From an uncultured Nitrospiraceae bacterium (GTDB lineage Bacteria > Nitrospirota > Nitrospiria > Nitrospirales > Nitrospiraceae), in contig CAVSTP010000003.1 in the NCBI GenBank assembly GCA_963730935.1, positions 576,001-640,000 on the forward strand: a stretch of DNA of 64,000 nucleotides, in the 5' to 3' direction. Shown here piece after piece: positions 1-9,635 of this stretch (positions are counted from its first letter, which is position 1; every line of letters starts with the position of its first letter). Position numbers and translations under genes: made by a program. The notes under the pieces were generated by a model, which was not told where the DNA came from, did no database searches, and saw only the letters and a program-made list of their open reading frames with translations.

Positions 1-479
1 CGGTAGGTATTCAAGAGATAGCGCAGAATATAGGCACGTGACCACCATGCCGCATAGGCATGGAAGCGCACGTTCTTCGACGGGTCGAATTTCTTGATGG
101 CTTGAAGCAGGCCTACATTGCCTTCCTGGATCAGATCCATGTGGTCGGCGCCGGTATGCAGATATTCGGCGGCGATCGCGACCGAGACCCGCAGATTCGC
201 CATGATCAGCCTCACGGCCGCGTCCCGGCTGCCATGCGTGCGGTATTCCTCAAAGAGCCGGAGTTCTTCTTCTTTCGATAAATAGGGGTGGCGCCGGATT
301 TCGGCCAAATATTGTTGAAGGGCGGTAACCGGCACAACCGCCGTTGTGTCGGGACGGCCGTCTGCAGACGGCGGCAACTCCGTCGCGGGCGTGCCTCCTT
401 CCGGCAGTTCGTCGACCGGATCGAGCACTTCCGGTTCGAGGACTTCGGTTTCCTGTTTCTTGGCGCGGCGTTTGGCCAT
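1..479 (-). CDS. rpoH: RNA polymerase sigma-70 family factor, RpoH/sigma-32-like (only the 5' part is in the window)
   Basis: Not in the ORF track. Manual translation from the ATG at 479 gives MAKRRAKKQETE...LQQYLAEIRRHPYLSKEEE...LIMANLRVSVAIAAEY...DLIQEGNVGLLQAIKKFDPSKNVRFHAYAAWWSRAYILRYLLNTY, matching sigma regions 1.2 and 2.1-2.4. Confidence 0.8.
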   Translation of the reverse strand, partial: MAKRRAKKQETEVLEPEVLDPVDELPEGGTPATELPPSADGRPDTTAVVPVTALQQYLAEIRRHPYLSKEEELRLFEEYRTHGSRDAAVRLIMANLRVSVAIAAEYLHTGADHMDLIQEGNVGLLQAIKKFDPSKNVRFHAYAAWWSRAYILRYLLNTY

Positions 480-623
480 AGGAATGCGCAAACTATAGCA
501 GAAGCTCCCGCCTCGACAAAGCTGCCGGTGTCCCTAAGGGGCTCGCTTTCAAGGGGCTCGCTTGCGAGGAGAAAAGCTGTCCCCTATGATGCCTGACCGG
601 CGCGTGAGACTGTCGATCATAGC

Positions 624-1829
624 ATGGCAATTCTGAACACCCTTCGGAGCGGACACTGGCCCTCGCTGGCAGGGGCCTGGCTGCATTTCGAAGTCAGTTT
701 TATGACGTGGCTCTTGATCGGTTCCCTCGGCGTGCCGATTGCGGAAGAATTCGGGCTTTCGGCGACGCAAAAGGGATTGCTTGTGGCTTGTCCATTGCTG
801 AGCGGGGCGCTCCTTCGGATTTGGGTTGGGTTGAGCAGTGATCGCCTGGGTGCGAAATTGACGGGCCTCTACCTGCTGGCAGGCGAAATGGGGGCATTAG
901 TGTGGGGCTGGCTGGGCGGAGGAAGCTTTTTCCAACTGCTCGGTATCGGGCTTCTGCTCGGTGTGGCCGGCGCCAGCTTTGCGGTGGCACTCCCCATTGC
1001 AAGTCGGGCCTATCCTCCAGCCTATCAAGGGCTGGCGATGGGCATTGCCGCGTCGGCAAACAGCGGAACGGTCCTTGCGATGTTCCTGGCGCCACGCTTG
1101 GCGAACTCCGTGGGCTGGCACGGGGTATTTGGGGTGACGCTGGTGCCTGTCCTGGTGACGGCCATTCTGTTTGCCTTCATGGTTCGGGGCGACGCGCAAG
1201 TTGGACGACTGAGACCACGCGGGCACTGGTGGCACGACCTTCGTGAGGGGCTCGCACAGCCATCCATGCACTGGCTCTGCCTGTTGTACGCCGTCACGTT
1301 CGGTGGCTTCGTCGGTGTCTGCAGTTTCCTGCCGATTTTTCTGCACGACCAATACGGGTTCGACCGGGTCACAGCCGGGTCTATTACTGCCTTGGGAGGC
1401 CTGCTCGGAAGTTTCATCAGGCCTCTTGGCGGATACACGGCAGACCGTCTCGGAGGGATTTGCGTGCTTCCGTTTGTCTTCGGAGCGATCGCGGCGACTG
1501 TTGCAGGTGTGGGATGGCTGCCAGAAGCGGCATGGGGAGTGGTGCTTCTCATGGCGGGGCTTGCAGCCATGGGATTTGGAAATGGCGTGGTGTTCCAAGT
1601 TGTGTCTGACCGGTTCTCGAAGCAGATGGGCATGGCTTCTGGCGTGATTGGCGCAGCAGGCGGAATCGGCGGATTCTTACTTCCGCTCTGTTTAGGTGGG
1701 CTCAAGGATCTGACGGGAACGTATGCAACCGGTCTTTGGTGCTTTGTCGTGGCAGCCGGTTGCGCATTGATGACGGTCGTGGCGGCTCAACGGCGGGCTG
1801 CGCTGGCCGACCGAGGACTGCACGGATAG
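624..1829 (+). CDS. narK: NarK/NasA-family nitrate/nitrite MFS transporter
   Basis: About 12 TM segments; GHWPSL, LLRI and FIRPLGG conserved Arg motifs; nitrate-signature-like GFGNGVVFQVV...GVIGAAGGIGGF. Confidence 0.85.
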   Translation: MAILNTLRSGHWPSLAGAWLHFEVSFMTWLLIGSLGVPIAEEFGLSATQKGLLVACPLLSGALLRIWVGLSSDRLGAKLTGLYLLAGEMGALVWGWLGGGSFFQLLGIGLLLGVAGASFAVALPIASRAYPPAYQGLAMGIAASANSGTVLAMFLAPRLANSVGWHGVFGVTLVPVLVTAILFAFMVRGDAQVGRLRPRGHWWHDLREGLAQPSMHWLCLLYAVTFGGFVGVCSFLPIFLHDQYGFDRVTAGSITALGGLLGSFIRPLGGYTADRLGGICVLPFVFGAIAATVAGVGWLPEAAWGVVLLMAGLAAMGFGNGVVFQVVSDRFSKQMGMASGVIGAAGGIGGFLLPLCLGGLKDLTGTYATGLWCFVVAAGCALMTVVAAQRRAALADRGLHG

Positions 1830-1937
1830 GGCCTTTTCCCGCAGCAGGTGGCCCAAAAAAACCATGTTAATCATCGATGTTCAATGATAAATTGATCGTC
1901 CCTGACCATCGCGAGTTGACCACTCATCCGTTGATCT

Positions 1938-3146
1938 ATGGCAAAGCCTTTCAACGATATCGAAGACGCCGTCCGCGACATTAAGAAGGGGAAGTTCGTC
2001 ATCCTGGTCGACGACGAAGACCGGGAAAACGAAGGCGACCTCGTCATTGCCGCAGAAAAGGTGACCCCTCAGGCCATCAATTTCATGGCCAGGCATGCCC
2101 GCGGATTGATCTGCCTGGCACTGACTCCCGAGCGCGTCGAAGAACTGCACTTGCCCCAGCAGGCGGTCGAAAATACCGCGGTGTTTGGCACCGCTTTCAC
2201 GGTCTCGATCGACGCGCGCAAAGACATCACGACCGGGATCTCGGCGGCGGACCGTGCCACCACGATTCATGTGGCAATCGATCCCAAATCAAAACCGACA
2301 GACCTGGCGCGTCCCGGCCATATCTTTCCATTGAAGGCCGTACGGGGCGGTGTGTTGCGTCGCGCGGGGCAAACGGAAGGGTCGGTCGACCTGGCGCGTC
2401 TGGCGGGACTTCAGCCTGCCGGCGTCATCTGCGAAATCATGAACGAAGACGGCACGATGGCTCGTGTGCCCGAACTCACGAAATTCGCCAAGGCGCACAA
2501 GCTGAAGATGGTGACGGTCAAGGCCTTGATCGAATACCGCATGCGCCGGGAAACGTTCATCAAGCGGATGGCGAGCGCGCGGTTGCCCACGATCTTCGGC
2601 GAATTCGATGCCGTCGCGTTCGAGAACGAAATCGACCACGTCACGCACATTGCGCTCGTCAGAGGCCGGGTGGACAACGGTGCGCCCACGCTGGTGCGGG
2701 TGCATTCCGGCTGTCTCACGGCCGACGCGCTGGGGTCGTTGCGATGTGACTGCCGTGATCAACTGCATGCAGCCATGGAAATCATTCAGAAGGAAGGGCG
2801 CGGGGTACTACTCTATTTGAATCAAGAAGGACGCGGCATCGGCCTGCTCAACAAGATCAAGGCGTACGGGCTACAGGATAAGGGCAGTGACACGGTGGAA
2901 GCGAATCTCAAGCTCGGCTTCAAGGCCGACCTGCGGGATTACGGCGTCGGCGCCCAGATTCTCGCGAATCTCGGCTTGCATCAGATCAAGCTAATTACCA
3001 ACAACCCGCGCAAGATCGTCGGCATCGAAGGCTACGGGTTGAAAGTGGTCGAGCGCGTGCCGATCGAGATTCAGCCGCACGCGGGGAATGTCAGGTATTT
3101 AACGACCAAAAAGCAAAAACTAGGACACATTCTAAAAAAGGTTTGA
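1938..3146 (+). CDS. ribBA: Bifunctional DHBP synthase / GTP cyclohydrolase II
   Basis: [44 protein letters not shown] motifs. Confidence 0.97.
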   Translation: MAKPFNDIEDAVRDIKKGKFVILVDDEDRENEGDLVIAAEKVTPQAINFMARHARGLICLALTPERVEELHLPQQAVENTAVFGTAFTVSIDARKDITTGISAADRATTIHVAIDPKSKPTDLARPGHIFPLKAVRGGVLRRAGQTEGSVDLARLAGLQPAGVICEIMNEDGTMARVPELTKFAKAHKLKMVTVKALIEYRMRRETFIKRMASARLPTIFGEFDAVAFENEIDHVTHIALVRGRVDNGAPTLVRVHSGCLTADALGSLRCDCRDQLHAAMEIIQKEGRGVLLYLNQEGRGIGLLNKIKAYGLQDKGSDTVEANLKLGFKADLRDYGVGAQILANLGLHQIKLITNNPRKIVGIEGYGLKVVERVPIEIQPHAGNVRYLTTKKQKLGHILKKV

Positions 3147-3149
3147 GTC

Positions 3150-3405
3150 GGCTCGCCAAACGCGCACTCCAGAATGGGGGGATCAGCCTGGTCAGTCCAT
3201 GTGCTCGCTGAAGACGGCACACCAGACCAATCCTATTTTCATTTAGGCGATGCTTTCACGCGCGCACGTTTCGACTGATCCAGGCTGCTCCTGCTGGGTA
3301 AGAACAAGCGGCGGGACTCACCTGCGGAAAGGGCGCGTCTCGACATTCCAAGGGGTGGGCGGGTGAGAAATGACGCGCACTCTGGGACTATCCCAACCAC
3401 CCTCT
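3150..3405 (+). repeat. Dispersed intergenic repeat family, copy R1 (diverged)
   Basis: Shares gtgctcgc..cggcacac (3201), acgcgcgcacgttt (~3258), gggtgggcgggtgagaa (3353-3369) and a terminal ccaccc with the copies at 8.0, 23.0 and 38.8 kb. Confidence 0.7.
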
Positions 3406-3444
3406 GAGGGGTGAGACCAAGAGAAAAGAGAAAACACAAGCTCC

Positions 3445-3990
3445 ATGAGACTTCGTAAAGGCTCACATAACGCGACTGGGTTGAAGTTCGGGATCGTCGT
3501 CTCCAAATTCAATAAATTCGTCACGAGCAAGCTGTTGAGCAGCTGCGTTGAGGGACTGACGAAACACGGCGTGGTGCCGGAAGATATCGAGGTCGTGCGC
3601 GTGCCAGGCGCGTTTGAAATCCCGCTCGTGGCGAAGACCCTAGCCGGGACGAAACGGTTCGATGCAGTGATCTGCCTCGGGGCAGTGATTCGCGGCGACA
3701 CGCCTCATTTCGACTACATCAGCGCGGAAGCGAGCCGGGGTATTGGCCAGGCGGCCTTAGACGCCGATGTGCCCATTATTTTCGGAGTCCTGACGACCGA
3801 TACGGTGGCGCAGGCCATCGTCCGAGCAGAGCCGACCAAATTCAATCGGGGAGGCGAAGCTGCGAAGTCCGCGATCGAGATGGCGACCGTGATGCGGATG
3901 ATTCGTGGCGGTGAAGGGACGGCACCATCGAAGGACAATGCCGGGAAAAACGGCGCCACGAGACGTCCGTCGCGAAAGCGCGCTTCCTAA
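3445..3990 (+). CDS. ribH: 6,7-dimethyl-8-ribityllumazine synthase
   Basis: [29 protein letters not shown] motifs; short basic C-terminal tail. Confidence 0.96.
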   Translation: MRLRKGSHNATGLKFGIVVSKFNKFVTSKLLSSCVEGLTKHGVVPEDIEVVRVPGAFEIPLVAKTLAGTKRFDAVICLGAVIRGDTPHFDYISAEASRGIGQAALDADVPIIFGVLTTDTVAQAIVRAEPTKFNRGGEAAKSAIEMATVMRMIRGGEGTAPSKDNAGKNGATRRPSRKRAS

Positions 3991-4445
3991 TGTTGGGATC
4001 TCGCCATCAGTCTCGCGAGCGAGCGCTGCAGATCCTGTTTCAATACGACATTCACGGTAAACCGGGCGTCTGGCTGGATGAGTTCTGGAAACAGTTCAAA
4101 GTGAGCGAGGCCGTCAAAGCGTTCGCCGAGCAGCTGGTCAACGGCGTGTTGGAACACAAAAAGGACCTCGATACGCTCATCGGCAAGTATGCGACCAACT
4201 GGAAGGTGAGCCGGATGCAGATCGTGGATCGCAACATTCTCCGCCTTGGCGCCTACGAATTGCTGTGGTTGGACGAAGTGCCCGCTAAGGTGACGGTGAA
4301 CGAAGCCATCGAGCTCGCGAGGGATTTTGGTGACGAGGAAGCCGCCAAATTCGTGAACGGGATTCTGGACAAGGTGCTGACGACTGAGGCCAAGTTGGAG
4401 CGGAAACGGCAAGAGGCTGTTCGGCAGACCAGGCGTCAGGCGTGA
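3990..4445 (+). CDS. nusB: Transcription antitermination factor NusB
   Basis: [31 protein letters not shown]...KFVNGILD; ribH-nusB synteny. Confidence 0.96.
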   Translation: MLGSRHQSRERALQILFQYDIHGKPGVWLDEFWKQFKVSEAVKAFAEQLVNGVLEHKKDLDTLIGKYATNWKVSRMQIVDRNILRLGAYELLWLDEVPAKVTVNEAIELARDFGDEEAAKFVNGILDKVLTTEAKLERKRQEAVRQTRRQA

Positions 4446-4460
4446 GGTTTTAGAACTCTT

Positions 4461-5789
4461 ATGATCGAACGCTATACCCGTCCGCAAATGAAGGTCATTT
4501 GGGATCTCAAGCACAAGTACGAGATCTGGCTGGAGGTCGAGCTCCAGGCGACGGCGGCTTTCGAGCGCGCCGGGCAGGCCCCGCGAGGAACCGCCGCGAA
4601 AATCCGTAAGAAGGCGAAGGTCGATGTGGCTCGCATCGCCGAGATCGAGAAAGTCACCAAGCATGACGTGATCGCGTTCCTCGAATCGCTGATGGATACG
4701 GTTGGGCCCGAACATCGTTTCTTACACATGGGATTGACCTCATCGGACATCGTCGATACGTCGTTGGCCATTCAGATGACCGAGGCGCTCGATCTGATTC
4801 TCGAAGGAATCGAAGGATTCTTGGCCGTGCTTAAGCGCCAGGCTTTTCGGTACAAGGCGCAGATCATGGTCGGCCGCTCGCACGGCATTCATGGGGAGCC
4901 GATCTCGTTCGGCTTCAAACTGGCCATTTGGCACGAGGAAGTGAGCCGGCATCTCACGCGCCTGCGCCAGGTGCGGAAGGAGATCGCCGTCGGCAAGCTC
5001 TCCGGCGCCATGGGCACGTTCGCGCATCAAGGGCCGGACATCGAAGCGTACGTCTGTGAAAAACTTGGCCTGACGGTCGACCCGGTGTCCAACCAGATCG
5101 TGCAGCGCGACCGCCACGCCGCCTATGCGACGGCCCTCGCTTTGCTTGGGGCGACGATCGAGAAGATCGCGACTGAGGTGCGCCATCTCCAACGGACGGA
5201 GGTTCTGGAGGCCGAAGAACATTTTTCGGCTGGCCAAAAGGGATCGTCGGCGATGCCGCACAAGCGCAATCCGATTGTGTCGGAAAACCTCTGCGGACTG
5301 GCGCGGCTCGTCCGGGCCAACAGTCTGGCGGCGATGGAGAATGTGGCGCTGTGGCACGAGCGGGACATTAGCCACTCGTCGGTCGAACGGGTCATCATGC
5401 CGGACAGCACCATTCTCATCGACTATATGTTGGCCAAGGTGACGGATTTGATCGAGCATCTGGTCGTCTATCCCGCCAATATGAAGCGCAATCTCGAACT
5501 CACGGGCGGCTTGGTGTACTCGCAGCGGCTCCTGCTGGCGCTCATTGAGAAGGGCGCGCAGCGAAAGGAATCCTACGAGGCGGTGCAGCGCAATGCGATG
5601 GCGTCCTGGAACGGCTCCGGGGGGTTGCAGGAACTCGTCAGCAAGGACCCATTCATTGCACAGCATCTCAAGAAGAGCGAAATTGCGGCCTGTTTTGATC
5701 CAAAATACTATTTGCGGCATGTCGACGACATTTTTAAGCGAGTATTCGGAACCGGCTCACGGTCTCAATCAGGGAAAGGAAGGTCATGA
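4461..5789 (+). CDS. purB: Adenylosuccinate lyase
   Basis: MIERYTRP, TKHDVIAF, GSSAMPHKRNP signature. Confidence 0.97.
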   Translation: MIERYTRPQMKVIWDLKHKYEIWLEVELQATAAFERAGQAPRGTAAKIRKKAKVDVARIAEIEKVTKHDVIAFLESLMDTVGPEHRFLHMGLTSSDIVDTSLAIQMTEALDLILEGIEGFLAVLKRQAFRYKAQIMVGRSHGIHGEPISFGFKLAIWHEEVSRHLTRLRQVRKEIAVGKLSGAMGTFAHQGPDIEAYVCEKLGLTVDPVSNQIVQRDRHAAYATALALLGATIEKIATEVRHLQRTEVLEAEEHFSAGQKGSSAMPHKRNPIVSENLCGLARLVRANSLAAMENVALWHERDISHSSVERVIMPDSTILIDYMLAKVTDLIEHLVVYPANMKRNLELTGGLVYSQRLLLALIEKGAQRKESYEAVQRNAMASWNGSGGLQELVSKDPFIAQHLKKSEIAACFDPKYYLRHVDDIFKRVFGTGSRSQSGKGRS

Positions 5790-6580
5790 GAGCTCGACAC
5801 GCTGGGTGCTTTGGGATCGTTGTGTTGGTCGCGTCGCTGTGGGCGACCGTGGCGCACGCGGCTCCCGATCGCGAGAAACTCTTGGCGGACCCAGGCGTCT
5901 ACGGAACCTTTGCTGCCTACAGCTTCAATGATGACTGGGGGAGGAAGGAAGGTGCCACGCGCATTGCGCTCTTGACCGTACTCAAGGGAGTGGTGGAGCA
6001 GCATCGAGAAAAGATCGCGATCGATATGTATCTGTTGCGGGGGCTCTCCGACCGTGCGGACATACTGTTTCGCGTCCATGCCAACGAGATGCGCGATACG
6101 CAAAGGTTTCTGGTCGATCTCCAGGGCAGCGCGTTTGGAAAGCAGTTGCAAGTCACCGGGATCATGCATGGGTTGACCAAGAAGACCAACTACGTGCCAG
6201 AATTCCCTGATGAAATGAAGGCTGATTTGAAAACGGCGAGCGACCCGGGCCCCAAACCGTATGCCGTCGTCATTCCCATTCGAAAAAGTGCCGACTGGTG
6301 GGCACTAGACCAGGAGACGCGGGCGGCCATGATGAAGGAGCACACCGAGGCGGCCTTGCCCTATCATAAGACGGTGAAGCGCAAACTCTACCATTCGACT
6401 GGCCTCGACGATATGGATTTCATTACCTATTTTGAAACTTCGAAGATCGAGGACTTCCACAGCCTCATTCTGGCAATCGAGAAAGTGAAGGAATTCCAAT
6501 ATACGAGACGATTTGGTCATCCGATCTGGCTCGGCACGGCCAGGGGGTTGGATGAGATCATCGAGATCCTGGCGCAGTAG
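5786..6580 (+). CDS. cld: Chlorite dismutase (exported, heme b)
   Basis: Signal peptide, then DREKLL..GVYGTF; IPIRKSADWW, EHT (proximal His), KRKLYHSTGLDD.DFITYFE (catalytic Arg). Closely resembles Nitrospira defluvii Cld as recalled. Confidence 0.9.
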   Translation: MRARHAGCFGIVVLVASLWATVAHAAPDREKLLADPGVYGTFAAYSFNDDWGRKEGATRIALLTVLKGVVEQHREKIAIDMYLLRGLSDRADILFRVHANEMRDTQRFLVDLQGSAFGKQLQVTGIMHGLTKKTNYVPEFPDEMKADLKTASDPGPKPYAVVIPIRKSADWWALDQETRAAMMKEHTEAALPYHKTVKRKLYHSTGLDDMDFITYFETSKIEDFHSLILAIEKVKEFQYTRRFGHPIWLGTARGLDEIIEILAQ

Positions 6581-6606
6581 ACGCCTGGGGACGGTGGGGA
6601 GACACC

Positions 6607-7311
6607 ATGGGAACAGGGACACTTATTTACGAAGGCAAAGCCAAAAAAATCTTCACCACGGGTCATCCCGATGAAGTCCTCCAATACTTCAAGGATGACG
6701 CGACGGCATTCAACGCGCAGAAGCGGGGAACGATCGTAGAAAAGGGCATCATCAACAATAAGGTGTCGGAACGATTATTCCGACTGCTCGAGCAGAGCGG
6801 AGTGCCCACGCACTTCGTGGAGCGGAAGAGCGATCGGGAAATGCTCACGAAAAAGGTTAAGATCGTGCCGGTTGAAGTCGTCGTGCGCAATGTGGTGGCA
6901 GGTAGTCTGGCGAAGCGGTTGGGCCTGAAGGAAGGCGAGACAATTCAACCGCCCATCGTGGAGTGGTACTACAAGAACGATGCGTTAGGAGATCCGCTGA
7001 TTGCGGATGATCATGTGCGTCTCCTGAATCTGGCAACGCCTGAACAGTTAGTGGAAATCAGGCGGCTCGCCTTGAAAGTGAACAGCGTTCTGCAGCCGTT
7101 TTTTGCCGAAAGAAGGATGATCCTTGTCGATTTCAAGCTGGAGTTCGGCGTGCACAACGGCCGGATGATTTTGGCCGACGAGATTTCACCTGATACCTGC
7201 CGGTTCTGGGATCAGGCGACGAAGGAGTCGATGGACAAGGATCGGTTTAGAAAAGATCTGGGTAAGATAGAGGAGGCGTATCACGAGGTGTTGAAGCGGG
7301 TATGCGGGTAG
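6607..7311 (+). CDS. purC: SAICAR synthase
   Basis: YEGKAKKI, FKDDATAFN, LVDFKLEFG, LADEISPDTCRFWD, DKDRFR. Confidence 0.97.
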   Translation: MGTGTLIYEGKAKKIFTTGHPDEVLQYFKDDATAFNAQKRGTIVEKGIINNKVSERLFRLLEQSGVPTHFVERKSDREMLTKKVKIVPVEVVVRNVVAGSLAKRLGLKEGETIQPPIVEWYYKNDALGDPLIADDHVRLLNLATPEQLVEIRRLALKVNSVLQPFFAERRMILVDFKLEFGVHNGRMILADEISPDTCRFWDQATKESMDKDRFRKDLGKIEEAYHEVLKRVCG

Positions 7312-7521
7312 CGGAGACTGAGCCTTGCCCGCTCACACACTGCAACTCGACCGCACTAAGTTTCGCATAGCTCGCCCCGCGAAACTTGTTCCGTTCAAAG
7401 CTACGCTCGAACGGAACTTCGAACATCGCGAGCCGTCCACATGGTGGACCGCTCCTGCTCAACTAGTGCGGTGACCCGAGTTTCCGTGATATCGCGGAAC
7501 AAGGCTCAGAACTCCACCCGC
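7304..7521. other. Highly structured ~220-nt element (candidate ncRNA or MITE/REP-like unit)
   Basis: Nested inverted repeats ctgagccttg/caaggctcag, aactcg/cgagtt and accgcacta/tagtgcggt enclose three hairpins. Confidence 0.65.
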
Positions 7522-7553
7522 TTTTGAGGAGAAGGGAGACAAAGAAGTAGGGA

Positions 7554-7772
7554 ATGCTGAAGGCGTTTTTGAATTATGGGTTGGTTGCGGCGGTGATCGT
7601 GTGGGCAGGGGTCGTCGCCCTGATGGCGTATCGGTTGGACGATTCACCGTGGCGGTGGGCGTTTGCGGCCCTTGCTGTCGGTGGCATTGCGACCGTGGCA
7701 GTCATTTTCAAAATTCGACGGTATGTCGACGAGTTGACCAAGGCGTCCGGAGAGCAGGGGAGTAAGTCGTGA
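7554..7772 (+). CDS. Small 2-TM membrane protein, hypothetical
   Basis: Purine-rich upstream region, two hydrophobic helices, stop overlaps the purS GTG (GTGA). Confidence 0.7.
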   Translation: MLKAFLNYGLVAAVIVWAGVVALMAYRLDDSPWRWAFAALAVGGIATVAVIFKIRRYVDELTKASGEQGSKS

Positions 7773-8008
7773 AAGCCAAGATTCATGTCACGTTGAAGCA
7801 GGGAATTTTGGATCCGCAGGGCAAGGCCATTGAACATGCGCTCGACTCGCTGGGCTTTAAAAACGCCGCCAACGTTAGGGTCGGCAAATATATGGAATTG
7901 GATGTGAGCGAGAAAGACAAGGCAAAAGCCGAGGCACAGGTGAAGCAGATGTGCGAGAAGCTGTTGGCGAATACGATCATTGAAGAATATCGGTACGAGT
8001 TGACGTGA
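7769..8008 (+). CDS. purS: FGAM synthase subunit PurS
   Basis: VTLKQGILDPQGKAI, VRVGKY, MCEKLLANTIIEEY. Confidence 0.96.
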   Translation: MKAKIHVTLKQGILDPQGKAIEHALDSLGFKNAANVRVGKYMELDVSEKDKAKAEAQVKQMCEKLLANTIIEEYRYELT

Positions 8009-8026
8009 AGTATCTTGGAAAAAGGG

Positions 8027-8322
8027 CGCGGGTCCTGTCACTGGCGGAGCCCACCGTGCTCGTTCCCCCGTCCGGTGTGGGGGGAGACAGGGCGGCCCAT
8101 TAGCCTCTTGTGCTCGCGGAACGCGGCACACGGGAACAATCGTATTTGCACATTGCGGGAGGTGCTCGTTCGACGCGCGCACGTTTGAGGCAAAACGGAC
8201 CTCCCCTAGAAAACGAGTGAGCAAGTGCGAGAAGGGTTGGCAGACGCTGCGGGCGTCTGGTGAAAGCCGCGTCTCAGCGCGGCAGGGTGGGCGCGTGAGA
8301 AGGCCCTCCGCCAGTGCCACCC
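8027..8322 (+). repeat. Dispersed intergenic repeat family, copy R2 (longest, all modules)
   Basis: cgcgggtcctg...ccggtgtggggg; gtgctcgcggaacgcggcacac; acgcgcgcacgttt; gcgggcgtctggtgaaagccgcgtctcagcgcggcagggtgggcgcgtgagaa; gccaccc. Confidence 0.8.
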
Positions 8323-8362
8323 GCTCAAGATTCGCTCAGCTGCTTTGTGGGAAAGGGAAGAA

Positions 8363-9079
8363 GTGAATATCGGGGTGATCGTATTTCCTGGCTCGAATTG
8401 TGATCACGACTGCGAGCATGTCTTCAGAGATGTGCTGGGACAGAATGTGACGATGGTCTGGCATAAGGAAACGTCCTTGGCCGGTCTGGACGGCGTCGTT
8501 CTGCCGGGAGGGTTTTCATACGGAGATTATCTTCGTACGGGAGCCATTGCCAGGTTTTCACCGGTGATGCCGGCGATCAAGGAATTCGCCCAAGGTGGTG
8601 GCTTGGTCATGGGCATCTGCAACGGGTTTCAAATTTTGCTCGAGGCAGGATTGCTCCCGGGGGCGATGCTGCGGAACCGCTCGCTCCACTTCGTCTGCAA
8701 GGATGTTCGTGTGCGGGTAGAAAACGCCGCCACTCCTTTCACTAGTGCATGCCAGCCCGGCCAGGTGCTCAACATTCCGGTCGCCCACGCCGATGGGAAT
8801 TACTATACCGACCCCGTGACGCTGGCTGGACTGCAGGCCAATGCTCAAGTGGTCTTTCGGTATTGCACACCGGAGGGGAAGATCACGGCGGAAGCCAACC
8901 CGAACGGCTCCCTCGACAATATCGCCGGCATTCGCAATGCCGAAGGCAATGTGTTGGGCATGATGCCGCATCCCGAGCGCTCCGCTGAGGAACTGTTGGG
9001 GAATGTGGACGGTCGGTTGATTCTGATGTCCATGCTGGAGTCGTTGAAGAATCGGCCGCTGAAAATGGTGGGGGCGTGA
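8363..9079 (+). CDS. purQ: FGAM synthase glutaminase subunit PurQ
   Basis: GTG start after a purine-rich [38 protein letters not shown]. Confidence 0.97.
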   Translation: MNIGVIVFPGSNCDHDCEHVFRDVLGQNVTMVWHKETSLAGLDGVVLPGGFSYGDYLRTGAIARFSPVMPAIKEFAQGGGLVMGICNGFQILLEAGLLPGAMLRNRSLHFVCKDVRVRVENAATPFTSACQPGQVLNIPVAHADGNYYTDPVTLAGLQANAQVVFRYCTPEGKITAEANPNGSLDNIAGIRNAEGNVLGMMPHPERSAEELLGNVDGRLILMSMLESLKNRPLKMVGA

Positions 9080-9080
9080 C

Positions 9081-9160
9081 CGCGGGTCCTGCCGATGATC
9101 AGCCCGTCCGTCCTCGCATCCCGCCCGGTGTAGGGACCCCGCTCCGGGCGGACGGGCGCC
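9081..9160 (+). repeat. Dispersed intergenic repeat family, copy R3 (module A only)
   Basis: cgcgggtcctgccgatgatcagcccgtccgtcctcgcatcccgcccggtgtagggaccccgct, close to the copies at 23044 and 24714(-); begins immediately after the purQ stop. Confidence 0.85.
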
Positions 9161-9299
9161 CAGATCATCGTCACCCGCAGTCATTTTTCTGTGAGGGAAA
9201 GCGGAGAAGAGAAAAAGTGTAAAGGGGCCTGATCGCTCTTGGCAAGTCGCTTCAAGACATGGGCTCACCGTTTGTAGTGGCCGGGAGGAAAAAAGAGGA

Positions 9300-9629
9300 G
9301 TGCGCATCTGGGATATTTCGCCGAAGCGGTTGTGCCGGAATCATTTGCTCGGCGAGCACCGGGAGCTCCACGCGATCTGGTCGGTGCTGGTAAATGGCAA
9401 GAAAGGCTATGCGCATCATCCTGAGACCTTGCGCTGGCGCGGCAAGCTCAAGGCTCTCTATGGCCGGCATGACGCGTTGGTCCAGGAGATGGCGGTTCGC
9501 GGATATCAGCATCGAAGCCCGTTGCCAAAGAGGTCGGCACGTGGCAGCGCTATTCAACGTGCCGTTGTCACCACGAAGCGTGCGCAGGTCGAGATCTTGA
9601 GAAAAAAGCGCTGTCGCTGTGATGTGTAG
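9300..9629 (+). CDS. Pyrimidine-dimer DNA glycosylase / T4 endonuclease V-like protein
   Basis: GAGGA RBS and GTG start; MRIW...LCRNHLLGEHRELHAIW...GYAHHPETLRWRG...RHDALVQEMAVRGYQH is typical of the Pyr_excise family. Confidence 0.75.
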   Translation: MRIWDISPKRLCRNHLLGEHRELHAIWSVLVNGKKGYAHHPETLRWRGKLKALYGRHDALVQEMAVRGYQHRSPLPKRSARGSAIQRAVVTTKRAQVEILRKKRCRCDV

Positions 9630-9635
9630 GGACTT

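Noticed and set aside
60..596. Plus-strand ORFs 60-281 and 288-596
   Set aside because: Antisense shadows of the minus-strand sigma factor gene.
1830..1937. FMN riboswitch upstream of ribBA (also checked 3147-3444)
   Set aside because: No RFN consensus (AGGGCGGGGTGAAATTCCCGACCGGCGG-like) seen; the ribH leader is explained by the dispersed repeat.
8009..8362. Purine or ZMP riboswitch in pur operon spacers
   Set aside because: The sequence matches the dispersed repeat also found beside unrelated genes (recG, methyltransferase).
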